This document shows positions 1 to 12,918 of a stretch of 64,000 nt of DNA, piece after piece. The DNA comes from Dictyostelium discoideum (lineage: Eukaryota), in contig CM000155.2 in assembly GCA_000004695.1 (NCBI GenBank), positions 608,001 to 672,000 of the forward strand. Reading direction: 5' to 3'. Positions within the stretch are counted from its first letter, which is position 1, and every line of letters begins with the position of its first letter. The translations under genes were made by a program, and so were the position numbers. Below the pieces are notes generated by a model, which was given only the letters and a program-made list of their open reading frames with translations, was not told the origin of the DNA and did not search any database.

Positions 1-2016
1 TACAAGGACGAACAGTGTGGGTGATAGTGGATCTCCTTGTTTAACTCCTCTTTTGATCTCAAAGGGTATAGTAATTTCAATTCTTGCTTCAGATTTGGTG
101 AGTAGATTCATTATCAGGTTGATTATATTGGTTGGAATGTTGATGTGTTGTAGTGATCTAAGTATTGAACCGTGTGAGATCGAGTCAAAAGCTTTTTCGA
201 AATCATATAGTGTAATTATTCCGTTAATTCTTTTATCATTACAATAGTTGATTAATTCGTTCATTGATATGATATTATCTAGAATGAATCTGCCTGGTAC
301 GAAACCTTTTTGATTGTGGTTGATCACTTTCGTTAGTATTGGGATTATTCTATTGTTTATTAGCTTTGAGTGGATTTTATATATCCAGTTAGCCAGTGTA
401 ATTGGTCTTCTGTTTTTGATTAGTTCGGGGTCTCCCTTTTTAGGTATCGTGATAATGAGGCCTTCTTTGTAATTTTTGCTAATTAGATGAGGATTTCTTA
501 GAGTGTCGTTGAATGCTGAGGCCAGTATTGGAGCTAGTTTTTCTTTGTGTGTTATGTAGAATAAGTTTGGAATTCCATCTGGGCCTGGAGATTTGTGTGG
601 GTTCAATTGTTTTATTACTTCTAGGATCTCTTGTGATGTGAATTCATTTTCAAGGTTGTCCCATGTTGAGTCCCTGGTCACTGTCCAATTTTCCAACATT
701 TCATAATGAGATGGTGGGTCATCTTCTTTGTAGTCATAAAGATTTGAGTAATATTTTACGTATTCTTCTTCGATCAATTCCTGTTTGTTGATTGTTCTAC
801 CTTGTGCATCTTTTACTGCGTTGATGGTGAAATCATTGTGTCTTTTCTTGATTCTCGCGGAGATGTACTTGAGTGAGGTTTCTTCGCAATAGTTGTTCAA
901 TTCTTGTTTAAGTTGTTCTTCTCTTTTTTTAGATTCATTTATTGCTGAAAGGGTTGCGAAGGCTTGGTCTTTAAATTCTGTCTCTAGTAGGGAGATTAGA
1001 TTTTTGATGTTTGCCTTATTGTTGTAGTCATTTTGTTTTTGAAATTCTGTGTATAGTTGTTTTATTTTGTTTAGTAAGCTGTTGAGTTGAGAGAAGGAAA
1101 TAGAGTTATGGTTGGATGACAGCTCCCTTGAATAATCGTTAAGTAGGAAGTCTATTTTCTTAAGCATTATGCTTGAGAGGATTGAGGATTTTTTTAATCT
1201 CCATCTGCGCTTGTTCATCTGTATGTTGGGTAGAGTGAAGGTGGTTGATAGGAAGTTGTGATCTGATAGAGGTATGTCATTAATTTTTGGGGGGATTAGG
1301 TTCCTTAAGTATAATTGGCTGTAGTTGATTATGCTATTGTTAAGGTATATTCTGTCTAGTCTCCTTTCCAAGATTCTTGTGAGGTTATTGTTTGTGTTGT
1401 GTATCGTTCTTGAGAAGGTGGGTCTTTTATTTAGTTGGTCCATATCCATTAGGTTATTTGAAATTCTGATGGCTTCGATTACTGTGGCCATCTCATCTGG
1501 GGATTGTGTTGTCAAGTTGCCTTGGTCATCATTTGATGTGTGATTGTCATTGAAGTCTAAACAATTGAAGTCGCCTGCTATGATGTCGATGTTTTTTTTA
1601 GGGTTAGACGTTAGGTTGTGGTATTGGTTGTTGAAGTGTTTGTTTAGTGTTGAAGCTAGTATTTTTCTTTTATCAGGTTGGGCCGGGGCGTATATGGCCA
1701 AGATTCTCGTTGTGGTATCTTTTATTAGAATGTCTGATATTATTAGTCTACCTTCTATTATGAATATTGGTGAGAGTTTTATGTTTTGGTTGTTGTGGTT
1801 TAGTATTCCTATTCCGTTGCCTCTTTTGGTTGCGCTAATGATGGAGCCAGGGAATAGCTGGTGTGCTTGTGTTGCGTCGGCGTTGAGTTCATTGACTATG
1901 GTTAGTGCCAATGAGTTTGGGGGGGATTGGGATTTGATAAAGTCTGTTTTGTTTTTGAAGGAGGTGTCAGTGCCCCAACCTCTGACATTCCATTGGTTGA
2001 TTTTGATTACTACCAT
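1..2016 (-). CDS. Retrotransposon ORF2 with apurinic/apyrimidinic endonuclease then reverse transcriptase, partial (C-terminus off window).
   Basis: The ATG is the reverse complement of 2014-2016. The hand translation gives MVVIKINQWNVRGWG...IYAPAQP...GDFNCLDF...SDHN (APE motifs), followed further 3' by the RT motif SPGPDGI. It is absent from the ORF track because it has no stop inside the window. Confidence 0.7.
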   Translation of the reverse strand, partial: MVVIKINQWNVRGWGTDTSFKNKTDFIKSQSPPNSLALTIVNELNADATQAHQLFPGSIISATKRGNGIGILNHNNQNIKLSPIFIIEGRLIISDILIKDTTTRILAIYAPAQPDKRKILASTLNKHFNNQYHNLTSNPKKNIDIIAGDFNCLDFNDNHTSNDDQGNLTTQSPDEMATVIEAIRISNNLMDMDQLNKRPTFSRTIHNTNNNLTRILERRLDRIYLNNSIINYSQLYLRNLIPPKINDIPLSDHNFLSTTFTLPNIQMNKRRWRLKKSSILSSIMLKKIDFLLNDYSRELSSNHNSISFSQLNSLLNKIKQLYTEFQKQNDYNNKANIKNLISLLETEFKDQAFATLSAINESKKREEQLKQELNNYCEETSLKYISARIKKRHNDFTINAVKDAQGRTINKQELIEEEYVKYYSNLYDYKEDDPPSHYEMLENWTVTRDSTWDNLENEFTSQEILEVIKQLNPHKSPGPDGIPNLFYITHKEKLAPILASAFNDTLRNPHLISKNYKEGLIITIPKKGDPELIKNRRPITLANWIYKIHSKLINNRIIPILTKVINHNQKGFVPGRFILDNIISMNELINYCNDKRINGIITLYDFEKAFDSISHGSILRSLQHINIPTNIINLIMNLLTKSEARIEITIPFEIKRGVKQGDPLSPTLFVLV

Positions 2017-2981
2017 TATGAGATGATATCGATCTCCTCTTGGGAGTCGTTTAGCTGCGGTTTGGATGGTGAAGGGTAGATACTCTCTATGAAGCTCTCA
2101 ATGATTCCTTTCCTTTCTTTTTTGACAGGTGTCTTAGGGGTGGATGGGATGTAAGGGTTGCTTCTGTTTATTGTTGGTGAGAGTTGGGTGACTTCATTGT
2201 TTGAGTGGATTTCCTCGTTCTTGCGTTTATGTGATGGAGGGATGTTTAGTGTCTTCTCTCTGTTTTCCGAGGATGAATGGATGTTAGTGCTTGTTTTGTT
2301 GGCATTGTCTTTTTGGATGGCGTTGGATGTTGTGGTAGTGGTTGTGGTGGGTTTGACAGATTGAGATTCTGCTGGGTTTTTGGGGGGAAGAGGTTGAGAT
2401 GACTTTTTTGCTTGGGCTTTTTTCTCTTGTGTTGATTGTTTATCAGACTGATTGTTTGCTGGGTTGTTTGTTTGGGTGTTAGGAGGATCTGTCATCTCAT
2501 CTTCTAATGGTTCCTCCGTGTTGTTTGTCTCTACTTTCTTGTTTTTCTTTTGTGAGGAGTAGGTTTTGGTGGCCGTTCTGATGGTAAAGTTTGCGATTTC
2601 TGTAATGTGTTGGCCAGATTTCATTTGATCGCCTATTTTGCATTCTATTAGACCGAATACTATGAGGTGGTCGGTGGAGTATATAGTATTGTATATTGCA
2701 TAGGGTATTTCTTCTGCAAAGGCAGTTTTGATGAGGGCGTCCACTATTCCTGCCTTTTCTCTGGGAATTCTTACTCTTCCTGTGAGGACGTGGAAGTCTC
2801 TACTGGAGGTGATGAAGGTTCCCAATTTGCTTCTATCTCTAATGATATTTAGGAGAGATTGTTCGTTTTTAATCATCAGGTGGATCATTTTTCTAGTTCC
2901 TTTGCCTATGTATATCTTGTCGATTGGGATATCGTAGTTTGAGAGTGTTTTTCTCATTTCTTCTAACCCCTTGAGATCCAT
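2016..2981 (-). CDS. Retrotransposon ORF1 (321 aa).
   Basis: ORF-track ORF MDLKGLEEMRKT..., with an ATG at 2979-2981. It lies immediately 5' of ORF2 and overlaps it, as in TRE/L1-like elements. Confidence 0.6.
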   Translation of the reverse strand: MDLKGLEEMRKTLSNYDIPIDKIYIGKGTRKMIHLMIKNEQSLLNIIRDRSKLGTFITSSRDFHVLTGRVRIPREKAGIVDALIKTAFAEEIPYAIYNTIYSTDHLIVFGLIECKIGDQMKSGQHITEIANFTIRTATKTYSSQKKNKKVETNNTEEPLEDEMTDPPNTQTNNPANNQSDKQSTQEKKAQAKKSSQPLPPKNPAESQSVKPTTTTTTTSNAIQKDNANKTSTNIHSSSENREKTLNIPPSHKRKNEEIHSNNEVTQLSPTINRSNPYIPSTPKTPVKKERKGIIESFIESIYPSPSKPQLNDSQEEIDIIS

Positions 2982-3278
2982 TTTGGGGAATTCGAGTGTA
3001 ATTGGGTAGAATCCGTTGTTCTTCTCCTAGGTTGAGAGCGCAGTCATGTTCAATATGGTCTCGCAGTATTTGGAGATGTCTTTGAGGCCTATTGATAGTT
3101 TGGGGTAGGTCTCCTTTATCTCTGCTGTTTTTGTGGAGAATTCCTTAATGAAGTTCTCCGATGCCTCGTCCATATGGGTGGAGGGGTTGGCCATTTTAGC
3201 CGCGTCTGCGTAGGAATTCATCTCGATGGGATTGCTTTGAATCGCCGATTTGGTAAGCTAGATCTGCAGATCGCGCCG

Positions 3279-3378
3279 NNNNNNNNNNNNNNNNNNNNNN
3301 NNNNNNNNNNNNNNNNNNNNNNNNNNNNNNNNNNNNNNNNNNNNNNNNNNNNNNNNNNNNNNNNNNNNNNNNNNNNNN
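3279..3378. other. Assembly gap (100 N).
   Basis: A run of N. Four further identical 100-N placeholders lie at 10332-10431, 19337-19436, 25315-25414 and 58800-58899. Confidence 1.
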
Positions 3379-3443
3379 TTGAAAAAAACAATCACCCACA
3401 ACAATTTTTTTTTTTGAATATTTCATTTTTCAAATAAAAAAGC

Positions 3444-3488
<45 letters not shown>

Positions 3489-3563
3489 GGAACCAAGTTA
3501 ATTAGAAAATTTCCAGATTTTTAACTTTTTAAAGAAAAATAAAAAAGATAGAAAGAAAATAAA

Positions 3564-4898
3564 ATGAAAATCACAAACAACACCACAAATATTAAGCAAC
3601 ACAAATGCCTACAAAAAATAAGCGAAATTGTGGATAAAACTCAATTAAAAAAAAAACAATTCAAATACGTCATAAACATCAATCACGAACCAGACGATAA
3701 AATAAAAAAAGATTTAGAAAAAAGTTTGGACAAAAAAGATGTTTTAATCAAAAGTAATAATACATTCAAAATTCTCACAGACAGTATTAGTACAGTAATC
3801 TATTTTGTAAATATGTTTGATGCAGAATTAAAAGGACAATTTATAACCACTATAAGACCAAAAAATATGTATACAGATTTTGATTGGTATAAATCACTCA
3901 CAGAAATAGAATGGGTAATAGAAAATGAAGGATGTAAACTAATTAAATCAGAAATTAAAGGCGAAACTCTAATTATCAAAACAGTGAAAAGAGTCGTAGA
4001 AGAATTTGACACTATCATTGAACTAGACAATCTAACATTAATTGGACACTCCAACAAAGGATGGAGAGATCAAACCTCATTACCAGAAAATCAAGAAGAA
4101 AACAAAAATAAAAAACAATCAGATGAACAACAACCACAATCTACATCAGAACAAATACCAAAACAAGGAAAAAGAACAATCATTATCCCACCAATCACAT
4201 CCTCATCTAATGATAAAACATTTATGGCCCTAGATGATACAGCTCAAAAGGTAATAGAAGCATCACTAGAAAACGTAGATGAACTAACAAGAATAGAGAA
4301 TGAGATCAATACACAATCGATAAACAATCAAGAAATTAAAACAAAATCAGAAAAACCTATCGAACCACCATCTCCATACAATACACCAATAAAACAACAC
4401 GGCGAAACAAAGGGACTAACAACGGAAGAAAAACTTAGAGAGGCAAATGATATCTTCGACTTCACCAGCCCAAACACTGATGCAATAAGAAAAATAGAAT
4501 TCCCACTTTCAATCCCTTCAAATCAATGGTTCTTCTCCTCTCCAATAAAACATATCATGAGTTTCAGCCCAACCTATGGTACACCATCGAAAATTATCGA
4601 TTCACCAAGTAAATTGTTAAACACACCAAAAAAGAAACAACAAGACAAAACAAACAAGACCAACAAAACACCAGTCAAACCAAAATTGGGTGAATATGGA
4701 CAAAAAAGCATAAAAACAAAAATGGATGAAGATATAGACAACTTCAACAAGGAAATTCTAAAACAAATCAATAAATCAAAAAACCCCACAAACACACAAG
4801 ACCAACAACACAATGAACAAAGTAAAGATCAGTTAGAAGACAAAATAAACCAGAAACTTCAAAAGGTAGATAAAAATCTACCCCAAATAAAACTATAA
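3564..4898 (+). CDS. Retrotransposon ORF1 protein (444 aa).
   Basis: Long ORF MKITNNTTNIKQHKC... The same 5' 200 nt is repeated at 5297-5497. An endonuclease-type ORF2 start lies directly downstream. Confidence 0.6.
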   Translation: MKITNNTTNIKQHKCLQKISEIVDKTQLKKKQFKYVININHEPDDKIKKDLEKSLDKKDVLIKSNNTFKILTDSISTVIYFVNMFDAELKGQFITTIRPKNMYTDFDWYKSLTEIEWVIENEGCKLIKSEIKGETLIIKTVKRVVEEFDTIIELDNLTLIGHSNKGWRDQTSLPENQEENKNKKQSDEQQPQSTSEQIPKQGKRTIIIPPITSSSNDKTFMALDDTAQKVIEASLENVDELTRIENEINTQSINNQEIKTKSEKPIEPPSPYNTPIKQHGETKGLTTEEKLREANDIFDFTSPNTDAIRKIEFPLSIPSNQWFFSSPIKHIMSFSPTYGTPSKIIDSPSKLLNTPKKKQQDKTNKTNKTPVKPKLGEYGQKSIKTKMDEDIDNFNKEILKQINKSKNPTNTQDQQHNEQSKDQLEDKINQKLQKVDKNLPQIKL

Positions 4899-5152
4899 AG
4901 AAAAACACAATAAGAATAGGTGTTTGGAACGTCCAAGGATCCAACACCATCCAATCTGCCAGCATAATAAACACCGTTTTAGACAACAACAAGCTGGACG
5001 CAGCACTTCTAACTGAAACAAATATAAAAACAAATAAAATTTACTCAATAAATCAACAATATAAAAACAAAATAACACACCACGCACCAATTGATAAAAC
5101 AGGACAAGGGGTGTCACAAATCATCATCAACACCCGCAATAGAACTTCCTAA
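4874..5152 (+). pseudogene. Truncated ORF2 (APE N-terminal fragment) of the TRE3-like copy.
   Basis: The frame -1 relative to ORF1 reads PNKTIKKNTIRIGVWNVQGSNTIQSASIINTVLDNNKLDAALLTETNIK... and ends at a TAA at 5150-5152 next to the deletion junction. No in-frame ATG precedes it. Confidence 0.5.
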
Positions 5153-5194
5153 ACATCTCAAAAAATACAATAATTCACTCAGTACTTTCTATAA

Positions 5195-5250
<56 letters not shown>

Positions 5251-5253
<3 letters not shown>

Positions 5254-5566
5254 CCAGTTTATTCAGAAAAATTAAAAAAGATAGAAAGAAAATAAAATGA
5301 AAATCACAAACAACACCACAAATATTAAGCAACACAAATGCCTACAAAAAATAAGCGAAATTGTGGATAAAACTCAATTAAAAAAAAAACAATTCAAATA
5401 CGTCATAAACATCAATCACGAACCAGACGATAAAATAAAAAAAGATTTAGAAAAAAGTTTGGACAAAAAAGATGTTTTAATCAAAAAGACCCTGTAAAAA
5501 AAAAAAAAAAATAAAATGAGATCTAGCATCTCAAGGAGAAGCAAATAATAATTGCGTTATCCAATT

Positions 5567-5602
<36 letters not shown>

Positions 5603-5750
5603 GAACCAAAAAAAAAAAAAAAAAAAAAGTAAACTAACCCCTCTTTTAGAGACCCTGTAAAAAACTACAAATAAAATGAGATCTAGCATCTCAAGGAGAA
5701 GCAACTAATAATTGCGTTATCCAATTCAAAAAAAGGACTTATTATTAATC
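5251..5750 (+). mobile_element. Second, severely truncated TRE3-like copy: 5' UTR plus the first 63 codons of ORF1, fused to two tandem ~85-bp 3' modules separated by A-tracts.
   Basis: 5272-5486 is near-identical to 3539-3760 and diverges at ttaatcaaaa|agaccctg. The unit agaccctgtaaaaa..taaaatgagatctagcatctcaaggagaagcaa.taataattgcgttatccaattc occurs at ~5487-5569 and ~5658-5740. Confidence 0.5.
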
Positions 5751-5951
5751 CCCATTAAAAAAAGACTTTTAATATGAATAAATATTAAAAAAAAAATGAA
5801 AATGATTGGAAATAAGTTTATTATATATTTATTTAAAGAAACAACTATAAAAAATGTTTAATCAGCTTTTTTTTTAAAATCAGTTTATTTGAAATTTATC
5901 AAATAAAAAAATAAAAACTGGAAATTATTGGAAATTAAGTTTTATTTTAAT

Positions 5952-8504
<2,553 letters not shown>

Positions 8505-9176
8505 TATATATATATATATATATTTATTATTATTTTTTTGGATGTGATTTTATTTATTTGTGTGAATATTAAAAATTTGGAATTAATACAATGGAAAAAA
8601 AAAAAAAAATTTTAAACAAAATAAATATTTAAAAAAATGAGAAAAGGTATAATTTAATTAATATTAAAATAAATAATAAAAAAAAAAAAAAAAGGATTAT
8701 TATAATGAGAAAAATTTGTATAAATTATTAAATTATTATTATAAATGGGGTTCACTTTTTTGGTTAATTTTTAATTTTTAATTTTTAATTTTAATTATTT
8801 TTAATTTTGGTTTTAATTTTTTTTTTTAATTTTTTTTAATTTTTTTTAATTTTTTTTATTTTTATTTTTATTTTTATTTTTATTTTTATTTTTATTTTTA
8901 TTTTTATTTTTATTTTTTTTATTCAACTAATTAATTTAATTTAATTTAATTTAGTTTTTTTTTTTTTTTTTTTTTGTTTTATTTTTTTTTTTTTTTTTTT
9001 ATTAGGAAATGATTTAACAATTTAAAAGGAACATGTAATGCAAATAAAAAATAAAAACTAAAATATTTACCCTATTCATATATGAATTGATTCAACTCGT
9101 TAACCCATTACACTATTTTGTGGATTTTTTATTTATTCGAGTTAAAAAAAAATTCTTAAAAAAAAATTTTTTTAAG

Positions 9177-9211
<35 letters not shown>

Positions 9212-9277
9212 TTAATTTTGTTTTTTTTTTTTTATTGCTTACGTAATAAACACAAAAAAAATACATACTATCCTTTT

Positions 9278-9308
<31 letters not shown>

Positions 9309-9353
9309 CTTTTGTTAAACCTTAATTTATATATTAAAGATTGTTTTTTTAGA

Positions 9354-10095
9354 ATGGCTGATGATGGTGAATTGGTATGCAAAAATTACTCTCACAATTC
9401 TTTATTTTAAACCCTTTTTTTTCCAACAAATATTTTTTTATAAACTATTAACTTTCAACTTTTTTTAAACAAACAAATAAATAAACAAATAAATATAAAT
9501 ATAAATAAACAAATAAAATTTATAATAAAATTTAAAATAAATATAAATATATATAGCCATTTAGTTATGTAGAAGAGAATACACCAGATGGATTAGAATG
9601 TGTAATTTGTTATTGCCCATTAATTGATCCAGTTGAACATATAACACAAAATTCAACATGTAATTCATCATTTTGTAAACAATGTGTTTGCACATTGAAA
9701 TCTTGTCCCATTTGCAGATTAGAAGTTTCAAATTGGACAAGGGTACAACTTACACCTTCAACACTTCGTTTTATATTTAGACCACTATCAGATATTAAAG
9801 TAACATGTAATGTTTGTAAAAAAGAAACAACAAGAAAAGAAATTAAATCTCATGTTGAATCTTGTGGTATTAGTATGTATTATTCAATTATTTTTTTTTG
9901 TTAATTTATTAAATATTTAATATTAATAATTATATTATATCATATGACACAGAGTTACCAGAAGGACTATACCCAGAATTAGAAGTAAATAAACAACCAC
10001 AACTTCAACAACAACAACAACAACAATCATCAAATACTCTTTCAAACTTTTTTGGAGGAATTTCTGAAAAATTAAAATTCAAAACAAATGATCAA

Positions 10096-10162
<67 letters not shown>

Positions 10163-11497
10163 GAAGTCCAATAGATGATAGAAGGAATACTCCATTACCA
10201 CCACCACAACAACAACCAATTACACCAAACCAACAACAACAACCACAAATACAACAGCATCAACAAATACAGCCACCTCAACAACAGCAACCAATATATA
10301 ACCCTTATCCACCATATCCATATTATCAAACNNNNNNNNNNNNNNNNNNNNNNNNNNNNNNNNNNNNNNNNNNNNNNNNNNNNNNNNNNNNNNNNNNNNN
10401 NNNNNNNNNNNNNNNNNNNNNNNNNNNNNNNTTATCAACCTCCACCAAATCCATATTATTATAAACATCCACCACCAGCACCACATTATGTTCCACCTAA
10501 TCCTTATTATCAAATTCCACAACCCCCACCAGCACCACAACCACCACAACCACCACAACCACCCCAACCACCACAAGCACCTCTACCACCTCAACCACCT
10601 CAACCACCCCAAGCACCTCAACTACCTCAACAACTAATTCCATCACAAAAACAAGAGCATCAAAATATAAGTAGAACGTCAGCTTCAGTAATAGCAGAGG
10701 CAACAGCTGCCTCATCAAATAATCAAAAATTAAACTATCAACCACCACCACCAAGTTATTATCAACATCAACAACAACAACCAAATAATTATCAGCAACA
10801 ACAACAACAACAACAACAATCATCACCATTACCACCACCAAATTATTATTTAAATCCATTATCACAAACTCCAATTGATCCACAAATGGCAAGTACATCA
10901 GCAAATTTAATTGATAGAGAGTTAGAGAATGAACAATTTTATCCACCAATTCAAAGTTTCTCAGCCAATATTTTAGCAAATGGACAAACATTAAGCAATG
11001 TTAATTTTAATAATCAAACCTTGAAGAACATTACCTTTTTAAATAGTACAATATCGGCAAGTCGTTATCAACATACAAGATTCGAAGGTTGTATCTTTCA
11101 AGAATGTAACATCAATAGCAGTTCCTTTATCGAATCTGCATTCATTGATTGTATATTTATGAATTGTAATATCAATGGTTGCGATTTCTCAAAATCAACC
11201 CAAGAGAACTGTTATCATGTCAATAGTGATATCTCCAATTGTAATTTCTTTCAATCCTCTGGTAACAATGTCAAATATGTCGCTGTCACTATGTTAAATA
11301 ATAATTTCGCTCATAGTATTCCTCGTAGTACATTCTGTAGATGCAACCTAACAAATGCTCAATTCTCAAATTGTAATCTCTCAAAAACAAGATTTAAAAT
11401 CTCACAACTCAATTATGCTAATTTTGTCTCTGCTTATTTCGACCTTCCATTAGACCATATCTTTGATCAAAGATCTGAAAGAAAACTTTGTAAATTT

Positions 11498-11503
<6 letters not shown>
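9354..11503 (+). CDS. RING finger plus TRAF-type zinc finger protein with a Pro/Tyr/Gln-rich linker and a C-terminal pentapeptide-repeat-like domain, 3 exons.
   Basis: Exons: 9354-9374 (MADDGEL, donor gtatgc), 9557-9866 (ECVICYCPLIDPVEH...CPICR RING; VTCNVCKKETTRKEIKSHVESC), and 9952-11503. The frame breaks at an extra A at 10140 inside (AAT)n, and there is an N gap at 10332-10431. The C-terminus has CNL.NA.FSNCNLSKTRF-type repeats. Confidence 0.6.
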
Positions 11504-11532
<29 letters not shown>

Positions 11533-11860
11533 ATCTTTTTTTTTTCCTTTTCCTTTTCCAAAAAAAAAAAAAAAAAAAAAAACCTTTTTTCCTTTTTCCA
11601 AAAAAAAAAAAAAATTAAAATAAAAAAAAAAAGAAATAAACTTTGCAGGGTCCAGAAAAATAAAAATATATGTTTTGTTTCTTTTTTCCTATATCTTGTT
11701 TTTTGTTTTTTTTTTTATTTTTTTTTAATCCTAATAAAATTAATTGGTCATAGTATATGAAAAATTTTTATTCCTATTATGAAGGATCCAACGTTGTAAT
11801 ATAACATATTTTGGTTTATTTATTAAGTTTTTTGTGTTTTTGTTTAAAAATTTATCTGTT

Positions 11861-11890
<30 letters not shown>

Positions 11891-11896
<6 letters not shown>

Positions 11897-12662
11897 GTCA
11901 ACCTTATGTTCACCTGGGCCACCCTCTAATAATGTATCTTGTTGTGAGATTAGTCTTAGTACTGTCTTTTTACTTGTTTCTTGTAATTCACCAGCCATAA
12001 TTAATTCATCTAAAATATAATATGCCTTGTGAAAATTAAAAATTAGATCTAATTCACAAACCTAAATTGAATTAATGTAAATTTTATTATTATCATTATT
12101 ATTATTATTATTATTATTATTGAATATTTGAGTATTTGAGTATTTGTGGTGTGTATATATTTATACGTAAAAGTTAGTAATCTATAATATAAAAAAGGTA
12201 AAGATAGATAGAGAGAGAATAAAATTATAATTATAAAAATTTACATTTCCAAAGTATCTATCTAAAATTTCTACAAAATGATGAATAATTTCTAAAACGA
12301 TAAGTTCATTATCTTCTCTATCACAACAAACTACAAAATATAAACTTGCATATCTTTTGAAAATGATTTTATATTCTTTCCATTCTAAAAAATTACATAA
12401 TTTGGGTGGTCTATTTAGAACCATATTACCAATTTCTCTTGTAAATCTTGATTTTTCTTTATTTGTGAATGGTGAATACCATTTTGTTAATCTTGTTTTA
12501 CCTTGTCTAGATAATAATAATAAAAAGTGAAATGTCTAAAGAAAAAAAAAAAAAAAATAATAAAAAAATAATAAAATATATACATATATTAATATTTTTA
12601 TTTATTTTGATTATTTTGAATGTGGAGTATATATATATATCAAATATTTTATCCATTACCAT
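11891..12662 (-). CDS. ap1s1: AP-1 complex sigma subunit (clathrin adaptor small chain).
   Basis: Exons on the minus strand: 12535-12245 ([20 protein letters not shown]...[20 protein letters not shown]...[17 protein letters not shown], donor gtaaat) and 12061-11891 ([35 protein letters not shown]...*). It is a near match to AP-1 sigma1. The first exon (ATG at 12662-12660 followed by gtaatg) is tentative. Confidence 0.8.
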
Positions 12663-12774
12663 TCTTTAAAAATATTTTGGGTGTATAATATTAATATATT
12701 ATATATACAAACTATGGGAAAATAAAAAAAAAAAAAAAAAATGAAAAATTAAAAAATAAAAAACTAAAAAATTG

Positions 12775-12806
<32 letters not shown>

Positions 12807-12918
12807 AATTGACCACCTAACAACCACAACATATTTTCATTTTTTTTATTTTTATTTTAATTTTTTATTTTTAATTTTTATCTTTATATTTCTGATTTGA
12901 TTTATATTATTAATAAAA

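Larger units (their letters stand above)
1..3278 (-). mobile_element. TRE5-like (tRNA-gene-targeted) non-LTR retrotransposon, partial. The 3' end lies beyond the window start and the 5' UTR/module region (2982-3278) abuts the N gap.
   Basis: Two overlapping minus-strand ORFs with the organisation ORF1 then ORF2 (APE-RT). Their stop and start codons overlap in TAATG at 2014-2018. RT block KSPGPDGIPNLFY is read from the reverse complement of ~556-594. Subfamily assignment (TRE5 rather than TRE3) is tentative. Confidence 0.7.
3483..5250 (+). mobile_element. TRE3-like non-LTR retrotransposon, internally deleted copy: 5' UTR, ORF1, the first ~90 codons of ORF2, then a 3' tail and poly(A).
   Basis: ORF1 occupies 3564-4898. 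It is immediately followed by an APE N-terminus (IGVWNVQGSNT...LDAALLTETN) that stops at 5152. Then comes ...cactcagtactttctataaat plus A52 at 5198-5250. It is preceded by an A34 tract at 3449-3482. Confidence 0.55.

Noticed and set aside
1544-2026. Plus-strand 160-aa ORF and other short plus-strand ORFs (17-247, 1325-1543) in the first 2 kb.
   Set aside because: They are antisense to the retrotransposon ORF2 (APE-RT) and show no sequence signature. They are read-through noise.
3405-3482. Sequence after the first gap (caatttttttttttg...gccttttaa plus A34), checked for the 3' end of a tRNA.
   Set aside because: No acceptor-stem or T-arm features are visible in the resolved bases. It is more likely the poly-A tail of another truncated TRE copy. 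A possible Pol III terminator remains speculative.
8760-8940. Tandem ttttaatttt / tttttattttt minisatellites, considered as a possible CRISPR-like or structured array.
   Set aside because: This is a eukaryotic genome. The repeats are imperfect AT minisatellites typical of Dictyostelium spacers, with no repeat-spacer architecture.
12182-12424. ORF-track [12 protein letters not shown]... taken as a stand-alone small gene.
   Set aside because: It is the middle of AP-1 sigma exon 2. The true exon extends upstream to 12535 ([20 protein letters not shown]) and the C-terminus is in a downstream exon. The annotated tail (VNFYNYNF...) is intron read-through.
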